Source: Octopus sinensis (taxonomy: Eukaryota). From it: 64,000 bases of DNA. Position numbers and translations under genes: made by a program. Positions 26,098 to 41,125 of this stretch are shown one piece after another. The notes beneath the pieces were generated by a model, which was not told where the DNA came from, ran no database searches, and saw only the letters and a list, made by a program, of their open reading frames with translations. Numbering within the stretch: the stretch's first letter is position 1; each line of letters starts with the position of its first letter. The DNA is taken from assembly GCF_006345805.1 (NCBI RefSeq), contig NC_043007.1, positions 45,322,001 to 45,386,000 of the forward strand, read 5' to 3'.

Positions 26098-26137
26098 ATA
26101 TATATTATGTATATATATATATATATATATATGTTTG

Positions 26138-26168
<31 letters not shown>

Positions 26169-26192
26169 CTATATATCTATATATATTATATG

Positions 26193-26263
<71 letters not shown>

Positions 26264-26285
26264 TCTATATATCTATATATATATA

Positions 26286-26350
<65 letters not shown>

Positions 26351-26400
26351 GTCTGTATGTATTTATGCATGTATATATGAATGCGAGCATATGTGCATAT
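25925..26400. repeat. Long interrupted (TA)n tract
   Basis: About 450 bp of TA with sparse G/C interruptions. Confidence 0.95.
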
Positions 26401-27708
26401 GCTCACATATATGTAAGCAGAACACCTTTTTCTGTATATCATGTATTGATATCATTAAACAGCAAGATTTAGTAGATCAGTCAAACATCAATAAATTTAT
26501 ACAGCATTACGTAACTTAACGCATAATCATACGTAATGTGGTTTGAAGTGAAATGGAAGTAAATCAAATGTATTCAATATTAAAAATATCTCTATCTCTA
26601 TCTCGTCTCATATTTGTTTAACTCTTGCACTACTCTCGAGAGGTCAATATGATTGTATTGAACACCTGTTAATAAAAGAATCTGAAACTCTAGACTTTGT
26701 ATTATATTGAGTGCTTCATATGCACTGAAATGAATGCAGTACATACATACATACATACATACATACATACATACATACATACATACATACATACATACAT
26801 ACATACATACATACATACACATACATGTATAATATGCGTATCTTCAATTACGCGAAGTTGAATCGTCAGCTTGTAACAACTATGAGTGTCTCGTATTATA
26901 TTTTCCAGTCGGGGTTGTCTTTGCCGTTGTGAAGAGTTAAGAGATTTGTGCCTCTTGGCATTGATGTCATTAATCAGTTTAGATTTCAGCTGGTTGCATC
27001 ATTATTTTCCCAAGCCGCCTATTATTCGACGTCTTTTCTTTTTTGTCATATTCATCACAATCATTGTTATAATTTTCTGATACATAAGAAAAAGCGTTTT
27101 ATTATTTTGTTGACAACGAGTAAATCAAATAAAAGCACGCCAACAAAATTCTATGTAAGGCGTTACTGGAACTGGTAGAAATAATACCTAAATCCATAAC
27201 TCAACTCACTGGTTTTAAATTTAGAAGAATACATTCGATAGTATAGTTAAAAGGTAAGTTGAAAATCGAAAGGGCGGTCAAGGCTGAAATGTTTTCAATC
27301 GTAGGTCTGCTCAAACATCATTGACAAATAACAAAAGCAACAAAATGTTAACTGATACAAATAAAAAGGAAAAAAAAAACTGAATTAGTATCATGCTTCG
27401 ATGGAAACTATTTCAGAAGCACGGAAGTAAACTGTTACCTCAACAGAGCTAATCAGTTGCCACACTAATGAATCGAGGAATTACAAACTAGATAATTAAA
27501 ATACAATTTCATAAATATACAAAAGGTACTAAATAATTATTGTAGCTAAATTGCAAATTTGTGTTAAATAGTACGAAATTAAATGTAATTAAGATAATTA
27601 TTATAATTATGAATTAATGAAAACATATTCTTTATATCCGTCTCCTTTCTCTGTTGTATACTGTAATTCTGTATCTATACGAAAACATATCGTTTACATC
27701 CCTCCCCG

Positions 27709-27772
<64 letters not shown>

Positions 27773-28192
27773 GTCGGTCTCATGCTCTACTTCTATGTCT
27801 TCACGGATGTATAGTTTGTAATCTATAGCAGTAAAAGAACACATAGAAAACTGGTGACGTGCAACGATGTCTAGGCAGTTATTGTAATGAATAAAGAAGA
27901 AAACAGATAGCTGTCAGCAAAAGTAATTGAGAATTTGTATACCGAATTGTAAAATAGCGAACTGGTTTGCTGAGAAACATCAGGGAATATTTAGGAAGGA
28001 AAATAGTAGAAAACTTGAGAAGGGAAGATGGCATTTTCAGCTTTCATTGTGCACCTTATGGCCGTTCAAAGTATGGAGTTCATGTAATTGGCAATGACAA
28101 GGCTACTTAAAGAAATACCTTATATCGAAAGATGCCACCAAATAACAGGTAGGTATCTACAGTTGTCGAGGGATGAGAAAAAGTGAAAGAAA

Positions 28193-28410
28193 AGGTGGCG
28201 AAGGGGGCAGAATAATTAGCATGCTGGGCAAAGTGATTAGCGGCATTTCGACTGTCTTAACGTTCTGAGTTCAAACTCCGTCGTGCTCCACTTTGTCTTC
28301 CATAATTTCGGGATGGATAAAATAAGTACCAGTGAGCACTGGGTTCGATGTAATCGAGTTACACCTCACGCGAAATTGCTGGCTTTGCGCAAAATCCTGA
28401 AAGCAATATT
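28193..28410 (+). mobile_element. SINE family 2 (diverged)
   Basis: GGCAGAATAATTAGCATGCTGGGC...CGTTCTGAGTTCAAACTCCG...GATAAAATAAGTACCAG...GGGTTCGATGTAATCGA. Confidence 0.7.
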
Positions 28411-28782
28411 CTTGCTCCAAGTTTACCAATTACCACTTTACTTTTGTCTAAGATGCTAAGGCAGGATTTGAGAGATTTCTTAGGTATTTTTGGCATGTGT
28501 AGCAATTCCATTATTGTTTGCACTTGGACTCGAAAGATTAGGGTAGTTTTGCCACTGGTAGAATATTCAAAGAAGTACAGTTGGCCCTAGACATCTGAGT
28601 GAGCATCTATGAGATCGCTTGATCCGATGCAAATAGCAAACAAATGTCCGTCAAACATTGACCTGCTGCTACTTATCTTGTAAATAAAAAGCTGTAATGG
28701 TCACGGCTAGAGAAACCGGTGCAGCCTTGCTAAATGAGATTTGACATGATATGCAACAAAAATAACAGTAACAAAAACGACT

Positions 28783-28985
28783 GTGGAAGTGCAATGGTCC
28801 AGTGGTTAGGCTAGCGGACTCACGGTCGTAAGAATGCGGTTTCTATTCTCAGACCGAGCATTGTGAGTGTTTATTGAGCAAAAGCACCTAAGCTCCACGA
28901 TGACCGGCAGGGGTGGGATGGGGGGAGGGTGAACCCCGCTGTACTCTTTCACCACAACTTTCTCTCACCCTTTCTTCCTACTTCT
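28783..28985 (+). mobile_element. SINE family 4 head (truncated)
   Basis: Matches the 6575 copy: GGAAGTGCAATGGTCCAGTGGTTAGG...TTATTGAGCAAAAGCACCTAAGCTCCACGA. Confidence 0.75.
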
Positions 28986-29245
28986 GACACAAAGCAGAGG
29001 AACCATGGTGTAACCCACTATGGTGTGGTAAACTTTCAGACTCTAGTCTAGATTGCGAATCCTCTGTAGCCCAGGATGGTTCAGCTCTCCACCCGTTAAA
29101 AGACATCGTTTACGGAATGAGGGTAACAACGTGGCTTTTGCACCCGTAGTGAGTGGTTCTTCAAGTTGCCACACACATTATTAGTAGCTTAGAGTAGGCT
29201 CGAATTAGAGATTATTATTTGTGGCTAATGGCGTGAGTCCTGATT

Positions 29246-29267
29246 GGAAGAAGAAGAAGAAGAAGAA

Positions 29268-29298
<31 letters not shown>

Positions 29299-29400
29299 AA
29301 GAAGAAGAAGAAGAAGAAGAAGAAGAAGAAGAAGAGGAGAAGAAGAAGAAGAAGAAGAAGAAGAAGAAGAAGAAGAAGAAGAAGAAGACAACAACGACTA
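29246..29400. repeat. (AAG)n microsatellite
   Basis: Directly visible. Confidence 0.97.
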
Positions 29401-29599
29401 CAACGACATACAAAATACGGTGACGAAGTCCTAAAATAGTTGACAAAGGAGTAAACGATATTCTTGTGGACTTTATTAGCATACATCTGTTTCTGGTATA
29501 GGTTGCAGTGGACTCGTAAGGTGATAAAGTTATTAGAATAATTGTTTATTCTTGTGTCATCTTATTTTGTTATTACTGCACTGCAGGCGACTAATGCTT

Positions 29600-29880
29600 C
29601 ATTCAGAAGCATATGTCAAGACTCCAACTGTCTGTTGCGGCATGGTTTCTACAGCTGGATGCCCTTCCTAACGCCAACCACTTAACAGAGGGTACTGGGT
29701 GCTTTTTACGGGTGCATTTACGCAATACCGGCACGTGTGTATTAACGTAGCACCGGCACGGGTGTTTAACGCTGCACCTGCATCTGACAAGACAAGCCTG
29801 CATGCGTGGAAAACAGCGATTTTACTTAGCTTGACGAGTCTTATCAAGTACTGCAAATCTCCACATCTCTAGGTCCCTTT
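29600..29880 (-). mobile_element. Repeat carrying an RTE-type 3' motif; degenerate opposite-strand copy at 30790-30960
   Basis: CATGGTTTCTACAGCTGGATGCCCTTCCTAACGCCAACCAC resembles RTE-clade/SINE 3' tails as recalled (not verified by search). Confidence 0.5.
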
Positions 29881-30263
29881 TCATTTCCTCAGTGAGGCCC
29901 AGTGCCTGGAAACATTTCTAACCACTTCGTTCCACGACGGTGTTGCCGTAACGATGATTATTGACTTCTTTCAATCAATCATCAGACGTATTTTAAGAGT
30001 AAATCGAGTTCTCTAAAACTGAATGCAATTGGTTTACTATTATTTATTATACAGTTCCCAAAAATATTGTCAGCAGAGATTTGAACTCAGGTTAGCTGAA
30101 TGCAATCGAAGACGAAAATTATCAACGGTGATAGTTTAAAAACCTTGGTAAGTTTAACCTCTATACAGATTTGTCTCCGCCACCAAACGTCTCTCCCACT
30201 CTATCCATGCAGTACACCTACATCTACTCACTAAGTTTTGCAGTCTACCTAACCATTCACCAT

Positions 30264-30319
<56 letters not shown>

Positions 30320-31256
30320 CTTGCCCTGTCTATTGTTTCATCATTACTATTCCACTAACCCTCACACGTACTCTTTATCCTCTACATCTACCTCTCAATT
30401 CCAGCCAATCAGTACAGTTGTCACCTTCTCTACCCAACCTCTTCTAATTATCATAAACTCATTTGTTGTTCTTCATTTGTTATATACACAACTTCATTCA
30501 TTTCCCATCTCCCACTTTTTAATTCTATACATTCTTTCAATCACCACAGCTCGGGATCTTCTGCTCCCATTCACTACTTACTTCGGGGGGGGGGGCACGG
30601 AGCAGCATTACGACTGCAATTGTATATCTTCTCTTCTCCACCTCGGTCAGTCCCTCCCTCCCTTCTAAAATATGGGTAGCAATGTGCTCCTTCTTCATGC
30701 AAGTAATCTATTCTACTCTGGCGATTTCTCTCGTACTTTAAGCATTCATTTTCTGTTATAAAGCCACCTCCTTCGGCGTTCGTAGTCTTCCAAGCTGCAT
30801 GGCAACTTCACTTGTGCTGGTGATACAAAAATATCACCCGTTACACCACTGTAAAGTGGCTAGCTTTAGCAGAGTGATCCAACCATAGAAATCGCGCCGA
30901 GGAGATACTAGCGCAAGATGCAGTTCTAGAACCGTCGGAAGCTGTCAAATAGTCCAGGCATGCCAGTATGATACAAGAATGTAAGATAAAGATGATAATG
31001 AAGATAGTGATAATGATGATGATCAGATTTAAAATGTACTCGGATGTGATGATTTGCAACTTTTCACAGAGCCACTTGAATTTAATCACAAACTTGCTAT
31101 GTAATAATCCTACGGCCAATGTATTGCAATAATTATTATACTTCAATATAACAAGACTAAAGTACTTGTGCAATTCTCAGCTTTATTGATGCATAGTATT
31201 AACACACTATCAACCAATATCTATGTTTGCTATATAAGTATGTAAATTTATATACA

Positions 31257-31303
<47 letters not shown>

Positions 31304-32616
31304 TATAAATGAGTGTGTGTGTATATTTATAGATATATAAAATGTTTGTATATATATATATACATACATAGATGCACATAGATGAGTGACTAAAGAGATA
31401 AGCAATAAGACGGACACACTTGAAATGATATTAAAAAAAATTGATTTCCAGCAAAGGAATCTGTTTCGAAATATACGTAAGTACACAAGAACAGACACAC
31501 ATAAGTCCATTCGTATTTACACGCACACACACACACACAAACAAATGCGCACACTCACACAGACAGATACACAGTCATATATATATATATATATATATAT
31601 ATGTACTTAAATATGTGTATATATATATATATATACATATACACATATGTGTGTGTAACAATATATAAATATTTGTATGTTTGAATGTATATATACACAT
31701 ATACGTGATCTCTGTTTAAGAAGATTTCAAAGGTCATTGATTATTGTCAAGTACCGCTGATAGACTATACTACACTAGACTATTAATTGCGCTGATACGC
31801 TATACTACAGCAGATTATTAATTGAAACTTAAAATATATTGAATTATGCAATGATGTTATCGTCCACTACTGCAGTGTAATGAATCGATAAAACTATAAT
31901 TGCATATGTTTTTGAACAACACAGATGATCACATACATTGAATTACAGAGGATAGTACAAAGTCACACGTATGTACTGAAGCAAAATATTACCTTCTAAT
32001 GGATACGAACACTTTTTATTTATTTTTGTAACTGAAAACTTCAAAACCTCTTGTTTGATGTCTTCATGTAGAATATGATAAATAGGTTTAATCAAATTTG
32101 ATGTACCGAGGTCAATTTACCCAAGTGCGTAAGTTCAAATGCACTATTACAAACATATATATACATAAATATATATGTGACTATCCCCATACATACACAT
32201 AAACACACACATATATATGTATATATATATATATGAAATATCATATCGTTTACTAGCTTAAGTCATTGGAATGCGGCCACGTTGGTGCTCTTGCTAAAAA
32301 GCTTTAGTCGAACAAATTGCCCCCTGCCATACTTTTCAAGTCGTGTAATTTACTGGACTCTTTTGTCGAATCGCTTGGTTACAAGGACCTAAGCAAACCT
32401 ACTCAGGTTCTCAAGTAGTGGTAGGTGTCAATTACAAAGACACACGCAGACGTATATTTATAAGCATGACAGACGACTCCTCCAGTTCCCGTCTTCCAAA
32501 TCAACTAATCGACTCACGAAGCTTTGGTTGATCCGAGGCTATAGCAGACGATAAGTGGGACTTGACCTGAAAGCATTTCGCTGGAAAGCAAACTTTTTAG
32601 CACACAACCACACGCA

Positions 32617-32674
<58 letters not shown>

Positions 32675-35559
32675 TGTTTAAGATATATTAAAATATATCT
32701 TAAGGAAAAAAATTACGGTAAACTTAAAAACTACTTTTAGTGAAAACATGCTTTTAACCAGAGTGAAAAATATACTCTTTGTTTATTCCGGGGGTGAGAT
32801 ATTTGTTGCTAGAAAATAATCTTAATATGACTAGTTTCAATGCTTAATTTAGTCTGCTAAATATCAGTGAACAAACAGAATATCATCTCATATCATTTTC
32901 TAGTATACACATACTCTTATGGTACTAAATTGGTTTTAATTTCCTTTAATGTGCATATGTGCAACGCGAATTATAAAGTAGTGTTTTTTACTACGTTCGA
33001 TATTATTGGCAACAAGATTGTAAACTGCCAGTTATAAAATAGGACTTAAGCAACAAATTGTTATTTTATTAAATTGCTACTTGTTGAGTTACAAAAGAAT
33101 ACGAAAGTAAATATCTAATAGGAACCCGCTCTAAGATTCATAAAAGGATCATCATAAGAGTTAGAATTAGGAAGTGGATTACAAGTGGCAGATTCTCGGA
33201 GAAAGAAACAAGTGGAGCAGACATACTTCTTATAGGAGGTCTCAAATGCAGAATGGTGAAGGTATAAGAATTAAGGGACAGATGAGTCACGTGATTCCTA
33301 ATATCAAGAGGAGGTACAACGAAGTAAGATTAATGGAACATTTAAGACGTATGTATGCATAGAATAGAGGCAAAGAAATATTCCAGTGAGGAGAGAAGTG
33401 TTGGAGTTTAACTGAGAGAAATAGCTTCAATAATGAAAAATATGATTTTAAGCACAAGTAATAATAAAAAAGAATACTAAAAGTGTACTTACTCAAAAGT
33501 AACAACTTTATTCCATTAAACGGGCGAATTAGACATTTATGAAGACGAGAAATGCATTGGAAGAAAAAGAGGGTGACAAGCTCAATATACACAACCTAAG
33601 GTGAACTGACTTTAATCTTTAGCTGAAATTAAACCCAAAAGACAAAACAGAAAAGACTAAAAGAACAATATCAGAGAAAACAAATAGAAAAACCGAAATA
33701 TCAACAGAGATTCTCTGAGCAATGTGTGTCCTGTCTCGGATAGCGTGAATAAACGTTGAAAGTCCGGTAGGTCGATCTCATCTTCTGGTAACAGATCAAA
33801 TCAAGCCCGACTTCCACAGTGAGGCTAAAAATGTGTGCTTACTGACATCACGGAATCGAAAATTTTGTCTTACATCTCTAGTTATTCTAATGTTGTGCGA
33901 GTTTCTTAATTATCTATTCATTCACTTTACTAATGCTTGAAGTGTTAAACAAATTATTTAGACTAGTAGGGTTCTATCTGATGTTGCGTGTCGACTAGAA
34001 ATACTTAAAAGCTGCTATTATTTCTGTAGAAAGAAAATGACACTGTTATATACACGCAAACGCATGCATACAAAAAGAAAGCACATATCTACATTTATTC
34101 AAGCAAACATAATACATATATTCTAAGTGCATTGCAATAAAAGCAACCGATTTTTGAAAAATCTTTTGCAGAGGACAAGGTTTGGTTGGTCTGACAATGT
34201 ATGTACTATGCTTCCGCGAATTGTTTTAGATCATATGTTGCAGCGAACAAACACCTGCACGCCATGGAAACTATTGGTCCATCGGAACTTCGAAGATCTG
34301 ACAACTGGTGAAAAACTGAGATGGACTCGAATCTGGCAGTAATCACCTACTTCGTAAATTGAAACAGTTTGAAATGTAGCGCTTTGCTCAAGGATACATC
34401 ACACCACCTGATCCAAGATTTGAACCTACGCTCTTATGATCGTGATCCGAAATCGCCAGATACTAGGTTATATGTTCTCCTGCTTTTAGTTCCTTAGTTG
34501 GTTGTTTTAGCTATCACAGCGAAGGCCATATAGAAGCGTGCAGTGTATGTGAAATATTGTCGCAATAAATTGATTCTATTAACATATGTGTCGTAAATAC
34601 ATAATGACCAGCCTGGAAAATTCTTTCTTCTCATTGTTTCAAGTGAATTTAGAAGGCAAATTATATAGAAAAATTGATTTAATTAATTCGCTGTTACATC
34701 TTTGAACAATCTCTAAAAGTTGTTTAATATTTCCCATCTACTGTATTTCACTTATTTCTATTTTTAATGTTAACTTTTATTTCAAAAATAATTTTAATAT
34801 TTTTCTTCTATTGTTTGCATTTACTAAATCAATTCAGTTTTATGCAATTCTTATGAATAAATGAAATGTTTTTGAAACAAATCCTCATTATATATGCTGA
34901 TCAATGGTTTATGTCTTTTGTTTCATACTCCAAGGAATAATGTTTTTTTCACCACATCAGATTTCTGTATAAAATAAAACTATACATATTATGCTAAACT
35001 ATTGACGTTACACAACAACAGATTGTAAATGCTGAAGGGAAAATAATAAATTTGTCGCTTTTTCCCCATTTACTTTATTAGAAAATATGCAAAATTTATA
35101 GATTGCTAACCCCGTTGTGCTCTTCGAAATTCTTAACCGGCTTTTGTACTACACTAAGGACACCTGCGTCATTTGTTTACGTCTCCATCATATTCAATCA
35201 TATCGATTAAAACCACACAGACACACTGTCATACACGCGTGTGTGCATGCGTGTGTGTGTGTGTCTGTCTATGTATACAATAATAATGATAATAATTTAT
35301 ATATACATATATATATATATATTTGTGTGAGTGTGTATGTGTGTGTGTGTGTGTGTTCATCTAGGCATGACTGTGTGGTATCACATTATAATAAATACCA
35401 GGTTTAACCCAGAATAAATACCGGGGTCAATACTTTCGACTAATACACTTCGAGGCGGTGCCCCAACATGGCCGCAGTTCAAAGACTGAACTGAAAATAA
35501 AAGGAAATATAAGTCGATATATATAAGCACATATATCTACTTATACATACATGTATGTA

Positions 35560-35595
<36 letters not shown>

Positions 35596-36379
35596 TGCAC
35601 GTGATCTAGTGGTAGGAGTGTTGCTTTCATGATAATGATATCCTAAGTTCGACTCCTTAGAATGACAGGTAACCGTTTGTGGGAGGATTGCATAAAATAG
35701 ATAAAGGGAAAAAAGTGGACAAGCAGTGGGGAAAATAAATATAAGCAGTATGCAAAATATGTGAACATATGGAGGTGCAATACTATTGATAGAGGGGAAC
35801 CTCCGACTAGGGCCAATCAAGGATCGCCACAGACCCAAGATTCCCGCTGACTATGGATCTCACAAGTTCTCCTTCAGCTTTGATTCTCTAATCTACAAGC
35901 ACGTGTATTTAGAGTAGTTCAATTCATTCTAATCTCTTCTGTTAGAGTCACTGACATTTTGATTAATTTACCGGGGAATGACGCATCTTCCTCCATTCGA
36001 AATTTTCTTTTCATGTGAAACCTGAAGCAGTCGATGAGGCTTGATCGAAGATAAAGATGTCTATCCTCAATACTTTCAGCCTCAACACCATTTTTCTTCT
36101 CGGATGGTGGGGCTATGATTTCGACCGTCTCATCTCATTGCCAGATTTCCTACTATCGGCAACAGTTATTTGACTATCTCTAGAAATGAGCAATGTTTTG
36201 ACACTGCACGAGTGCATGCAATAGAATTTCGTCATTATGCGGGCAACTTGGGTAGTCGTGCCAGGAGGGTGTTTCGAATCTGTAGTGGAAACAGTTGAGC
36301 ACCTTGGTAGCACTGCCAGGTCAAATATTTCTGGAAATTATTCACGGAAATCCTTGACCTCAAAATCCCTCGAAACGTA

Positions 36380-37260
36380 TACAGTTTGAAAATAAAATAA
36401 CTCTGATCTCAAAGTACATTGGGATCTTAGTAGACTCGATAATTTTAAAAGAGACATCCACATATATGATTAACTTATCAGGGATAGGAACAGAATAGTT
36501 AAAAAGAAACGTTATATAACGGGAAAAAATAACCAACCTAAAGTACAAGAAAAAATAACGGAACAAACAATTTAAAAGGTAAGTGAAATTGTGCGAAACG
36601 AGGAAAATATCAAAAGCAAAGAATTATGAAACGTAAACCAACAAACATAATGTGAGTAGAAAGGAGATTTGAAAAATATTTGAGGATAGAAAATTCTGAA
36701 AATGTAAATTAGGAATAGGACAATATTGTAAATATAGAAATAGCGAAAATATAATTAATATCGATAGTTCTGCCTATATGCCAATGATAATAACAACACT
36801 AAAGAATGCAAATGCAGCCATTTTAGACTTAATAAAAATGGACACAAACATCAATATTACAAAGATAAGGGAAATTGTATATACATCAACTACGATAATT
36901 AGAAAGTAAAGTGGGTAATTCTTCAGAAAAACTCACTGATATCATAACCTATATAAACAAAGCTACAAGATGTAAAAAATAAAGGAAATAAAAAGAAAAA
37001 TTTCTAAATTCTTAATGAAATCGATAAAGAATAGAAAAAATACTGGAAAAAGAGGACGATGAGACAAATACCAAAGAAATATAACATGAATATTATGTAG
37101 TTCACGAAATCAAAGTCTGCCTGAGACAAGAAAATTTCACTAAAACACAAAGAATCCTACATTATTAAAAGCTACCAGGATTCTTTGAAGAAAACAAACA
37201 GATTGGGTCCATAGCAAAACAGTTTATCATGAAGAACTATGTTAAAAGATAAGAGAAATC
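36380..37260 (+). pseudogene. Possible highly decayed non-LTR retrotransposon ORF (R4/Dong-like N-terminal region)
   Basis: A-rich sense strand. Broken-frame peptides NANAAILDLIKMDTNINITKIREIVYTSTTII and EIKVCLRQENFTKTQRILHY recall R4-clade pre-RT motifs; many stops. Confidence 0.3.
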
Positions 37261-37434
37261 AATGCGGCAACAACAACAACAACGGGAAGAATATTCATTC
37301 TAGGGAGGTAGGTGAGGATTATGGGCGGTGAAGTAATCACAACGGACAAGATTCTTCAAAACAATAAGCGCAACATCTGATTATTTTTCCACACAAAATC
37401 TACTACTACTACTACTACTACTACTCCTGCTGCA

Positions 37435-37481
<47 letters not shown>

Positions 37482-38214
37482 GGATGATGATGATGAGGAT
37501 GATGATGATGATGATGATGATGGTGATGTTGAAATATGATCACAAGTGTACAATATTTATAAATAAAAGTAAGAATGAAGAGTTTGCAGATGCTGAGAAA
37601 GTAAATTGTTGTGATGTAAAGATGTTGTTGATGAACAATTGGGGATTTGAGTTGTGTTAATATTGTCTTTGATGATGTGGTAAATGCGAATAGGGACGGC
37701 ACATGAAAGAACATTTATTACAAAACAGTTTACAAACACTAAAACGCATCACGCACACACACGGAGGAACGCACACACACAGAGGAATGCACACACACAC
37801 ACATACACACAAACACAGAGGAACGCACACACGCACACACACACACACACACACAGAGGAACGCACACACTCACAGAGGAACGCACACACACACAGGAAC
37901 GGAGCAGATATATATATATATATATATAGTCATGTTTTTTTAATATGTCTGGGGATAGATATACTTGTATGCATATGAGTGTGCGTGTGTGCGCGCGCGT
38001 GTGTGTGTGCGTGTTTGTGCGTGCGTGTGTTTGAAGGCGTCTATGTCAGTGTGTGTAATATGCATACAAATTAGAAGGCTAAGAAATATTCTTACGCTAA
38101 TCGTAACACGCATCACACACATACACTCGTACACACACACACACACACATACTTGTACATTCATAAAAATATCAATTTTTATGTCCGTATGTATGTATCT
38201 CTCTATCCTCCCCC

Positions 38215-38561
<347 letters not shown>

Positions 38562-39070
38562 ACAAAGTTATTTTATTCTGCACAGGTTGAAATCACAGGT
38601 TGAAATATAGGAAAAATAGGAGTTGAAAATGCACTGAGAATAGTTAAAATAAAAGTGACGCTCACCATCACGATAATGTAAAAACTAATATCTACGGTAA
38701 AATCGCCGAAATTTTAGCGTCACAGTCCTTTTACAGGTTTGTAAAAGAGATCGAAAATAAAATAAAAACCATCACAAGATCGTTTCATACCTTACACACG
38801 CACACGGTAACACTAGAAGCTATACTTGTCAATGGATGTTGTGCGCCAACTGACCCAATGCCGACAGGTCAGTGATAACCTTAACGACCCGTTAGTCAGA
38901 AGCAAACAACAACCACCTTGAGATCGCTATCTGCCCTAACTCCACCCGACACGATCATGGCAAGCAACCATAACAAAAGCTACTACATTGGAATCATCTT
39001 GTTTGGTATCACTGTCCAGCATGATTTCACCCAGCCTTACTGTTACAACCCAAGTTTCACTGCCGCTCCA

Positions 39071-39091
39071 ATGATAATAATAATAATAATG

Positions 39092-39167
<76 letters not shown>

Positions 39168-39229
39168 CAACAACAACAATGATAATAATAATAATAACAA
39201 CAACAACAACAATAATAATAATAATAGTA

Positions 39230-39272
<43 letters not shown>

Positions 39273-39286
39273 CAACAATAATAATA

Positions 39287-39366
<80 letters not shown>

Positions 39367-39392
39367 AAGAAGGAGAAGAAGAAGAAGAAGAA
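39071..39392. repeat. Compound (AAT)n/(AAC)n/(AAG)n array inside the LINE 5' region
   Basis: Directly visible. Confidence 0.95.
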
Positions 39393-40699
39393 CTACAGCT
39401 ACTACAATAGGACCAGTGACCAATGAGTCTGCCAATATACAAAAAACCTCTACGATGAATCCTGCCGTTACTATTCCCAAGATAACTGTAGATTTGGCCC
39501 CAGCAACACCAAAAACAAGGAATGCTGTCTTTTTTCCCTCCTACCTGTTCATATGGTACAACGGGAAAAATCTGCCCTCAACTTCACTTCAAATACTGTC
39601 CTAATTACAGAGTCCATGGTCCTGATCCTAAATATGAATGCACAAAATGCAACGGATGTACCTTCTTCCATCCTAACATGTGCCAAAATTCTGTGTCACT
39701 AAGGATGTGTCTGAACCCAGAAGGCAACTACCACCATCTGAAAGGCACAACACGAACGAAAAAATATATAAACAGCAACAGAAGAATACTACAACAACTA
39801 AACTAATTAAAACCACACTTCACCTCCTAAAATCAAACAACGAAGACAGAACTATAGGAAAACCACAACACCATATAACATAAACATGAACTATGTCTCA
39901 TCTGACAAAGTGGCAAACCAAAGAGTCAACTCGTTTTTACTAACTTATCTAGAAAATATGAAGATCGACTTAAACCAGGAGATCTACTGAGCTATCAAAA
40001 GCCGTGTTTGTTTAATGCACAATGAACACCCACCTACCCACCCACCCACCATCAACTAGAACATCACACACAGCTCCATATAAAAACACTACCCTCAGTG
40101 CTACCTCTGAACAACTTAACACATAAGACTAAGCACTTACATCAATACAAACATTGAACTACCCTTGCCTCGACATTCCTGCTAAATGTACATGGAATCA
40201 ACCCATCACACACTCCCCGAAAATGGAAGATCCAATACATAGAGAGTTGGCTTGCCGAAACGGCACACTGCATCCCTTTCTTTATCCTTACTGAAACTCA
40301 CCTAAACAGCACTCACATGGATGCCGAGGTGAAAATAAAAGATTGCACCATCATCTGTGCAGATCGTACAAACCGAAATAAAGTAGGAACAGCCATCTTT
40401 CTCCACGACTCCTTTTCAGTTGATACTAAGGATATATTTTCCAATGGCTACTGTGAATCCATACCACTATTCAACAATATATAACCATTGTTGGTCTCTA
40501 CAGGCCGCCCCAAGCATTTCTAAAGTGTTTTAAAGAATGCCTCAACAAATTCAAGTCCTTCCTTCAAAAATACAACTCCGGAAACATACTAGTGATGGGT
40601 GATTTTAACATCCATTATATAAACTGGCCCACAAATGCTCTAAATTAGCTAACATTCCTGGTCGTATTAATAACACGCACCAAGTATGGATTCAGGACA

Positions 40700-41125
40700 T
40701 CCATATATCGCAAGTAACCCTTCACTGCTGGAAGATAGCCCAACTTCAATTCCCACCATCCATACAGTGTAAAGAGAGGGATTGCTCAGTGCCTAAAATA
40801 TCGTGCGAAGAATATAAGTAGCGATCATGATACACACCACGAAGAAATGATCAAGCTCAATAACATTCTATTAAGCAACAACTACCCGCAAAACATACTA
40901 TCCACTCCAATTATGAAATAAAGAGGGGATGAAACCAATAAACTGTCCTGTAAAACCACCAATAGAAGAGAATATGACCAAAGACTGCGTGTACTCCACC
41001 CCATGCAACTGTGTTAGGTTATAAAAAGGCGAAACATACTGCCCCTTCAAAATAAAGGTAGACGAACATCGCAAAGCTGTGACACGAGGAGATATTGATA
41101 AATCGGGTATAGCTGATCACCTACA
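40700..41125 (+). mobile_element. Penelope-like element fragment (RT thumb plus GIY-YIG), Poseidon/Penelope-type
   Basis: Translates as FNSHHPYSVKRGIAQCLKYRAKNI...LLSNNYP and CVYSTPCNC..L*KGET...KVDEHRKAV...KSGIADH. Confidence 0.75.

Noticed and set aside
26886-27178. Short ORFs in repeat-poor sequence
   Set aside because: No recognisable motifs, and no consistent splice or start context.
29419-29450. GTGACGAAGTC...GACAAAG hammerhead-like string beside (AAG)n
   Set aside because: It lacks C3 and GAAA, stem II is only 3 bp, and there is no stem I. Compatible with chance.
38918-39604. 228-aa ORF and other long low-complexity ORFs (e.g. 5297-5761, 25872-26345, 29221-29439, 10299-10706)
   Set aside because: They are translations of microsatellites (poly-I, V, YI, K/R, YLSI) that lack stops only because of the repeat unit.
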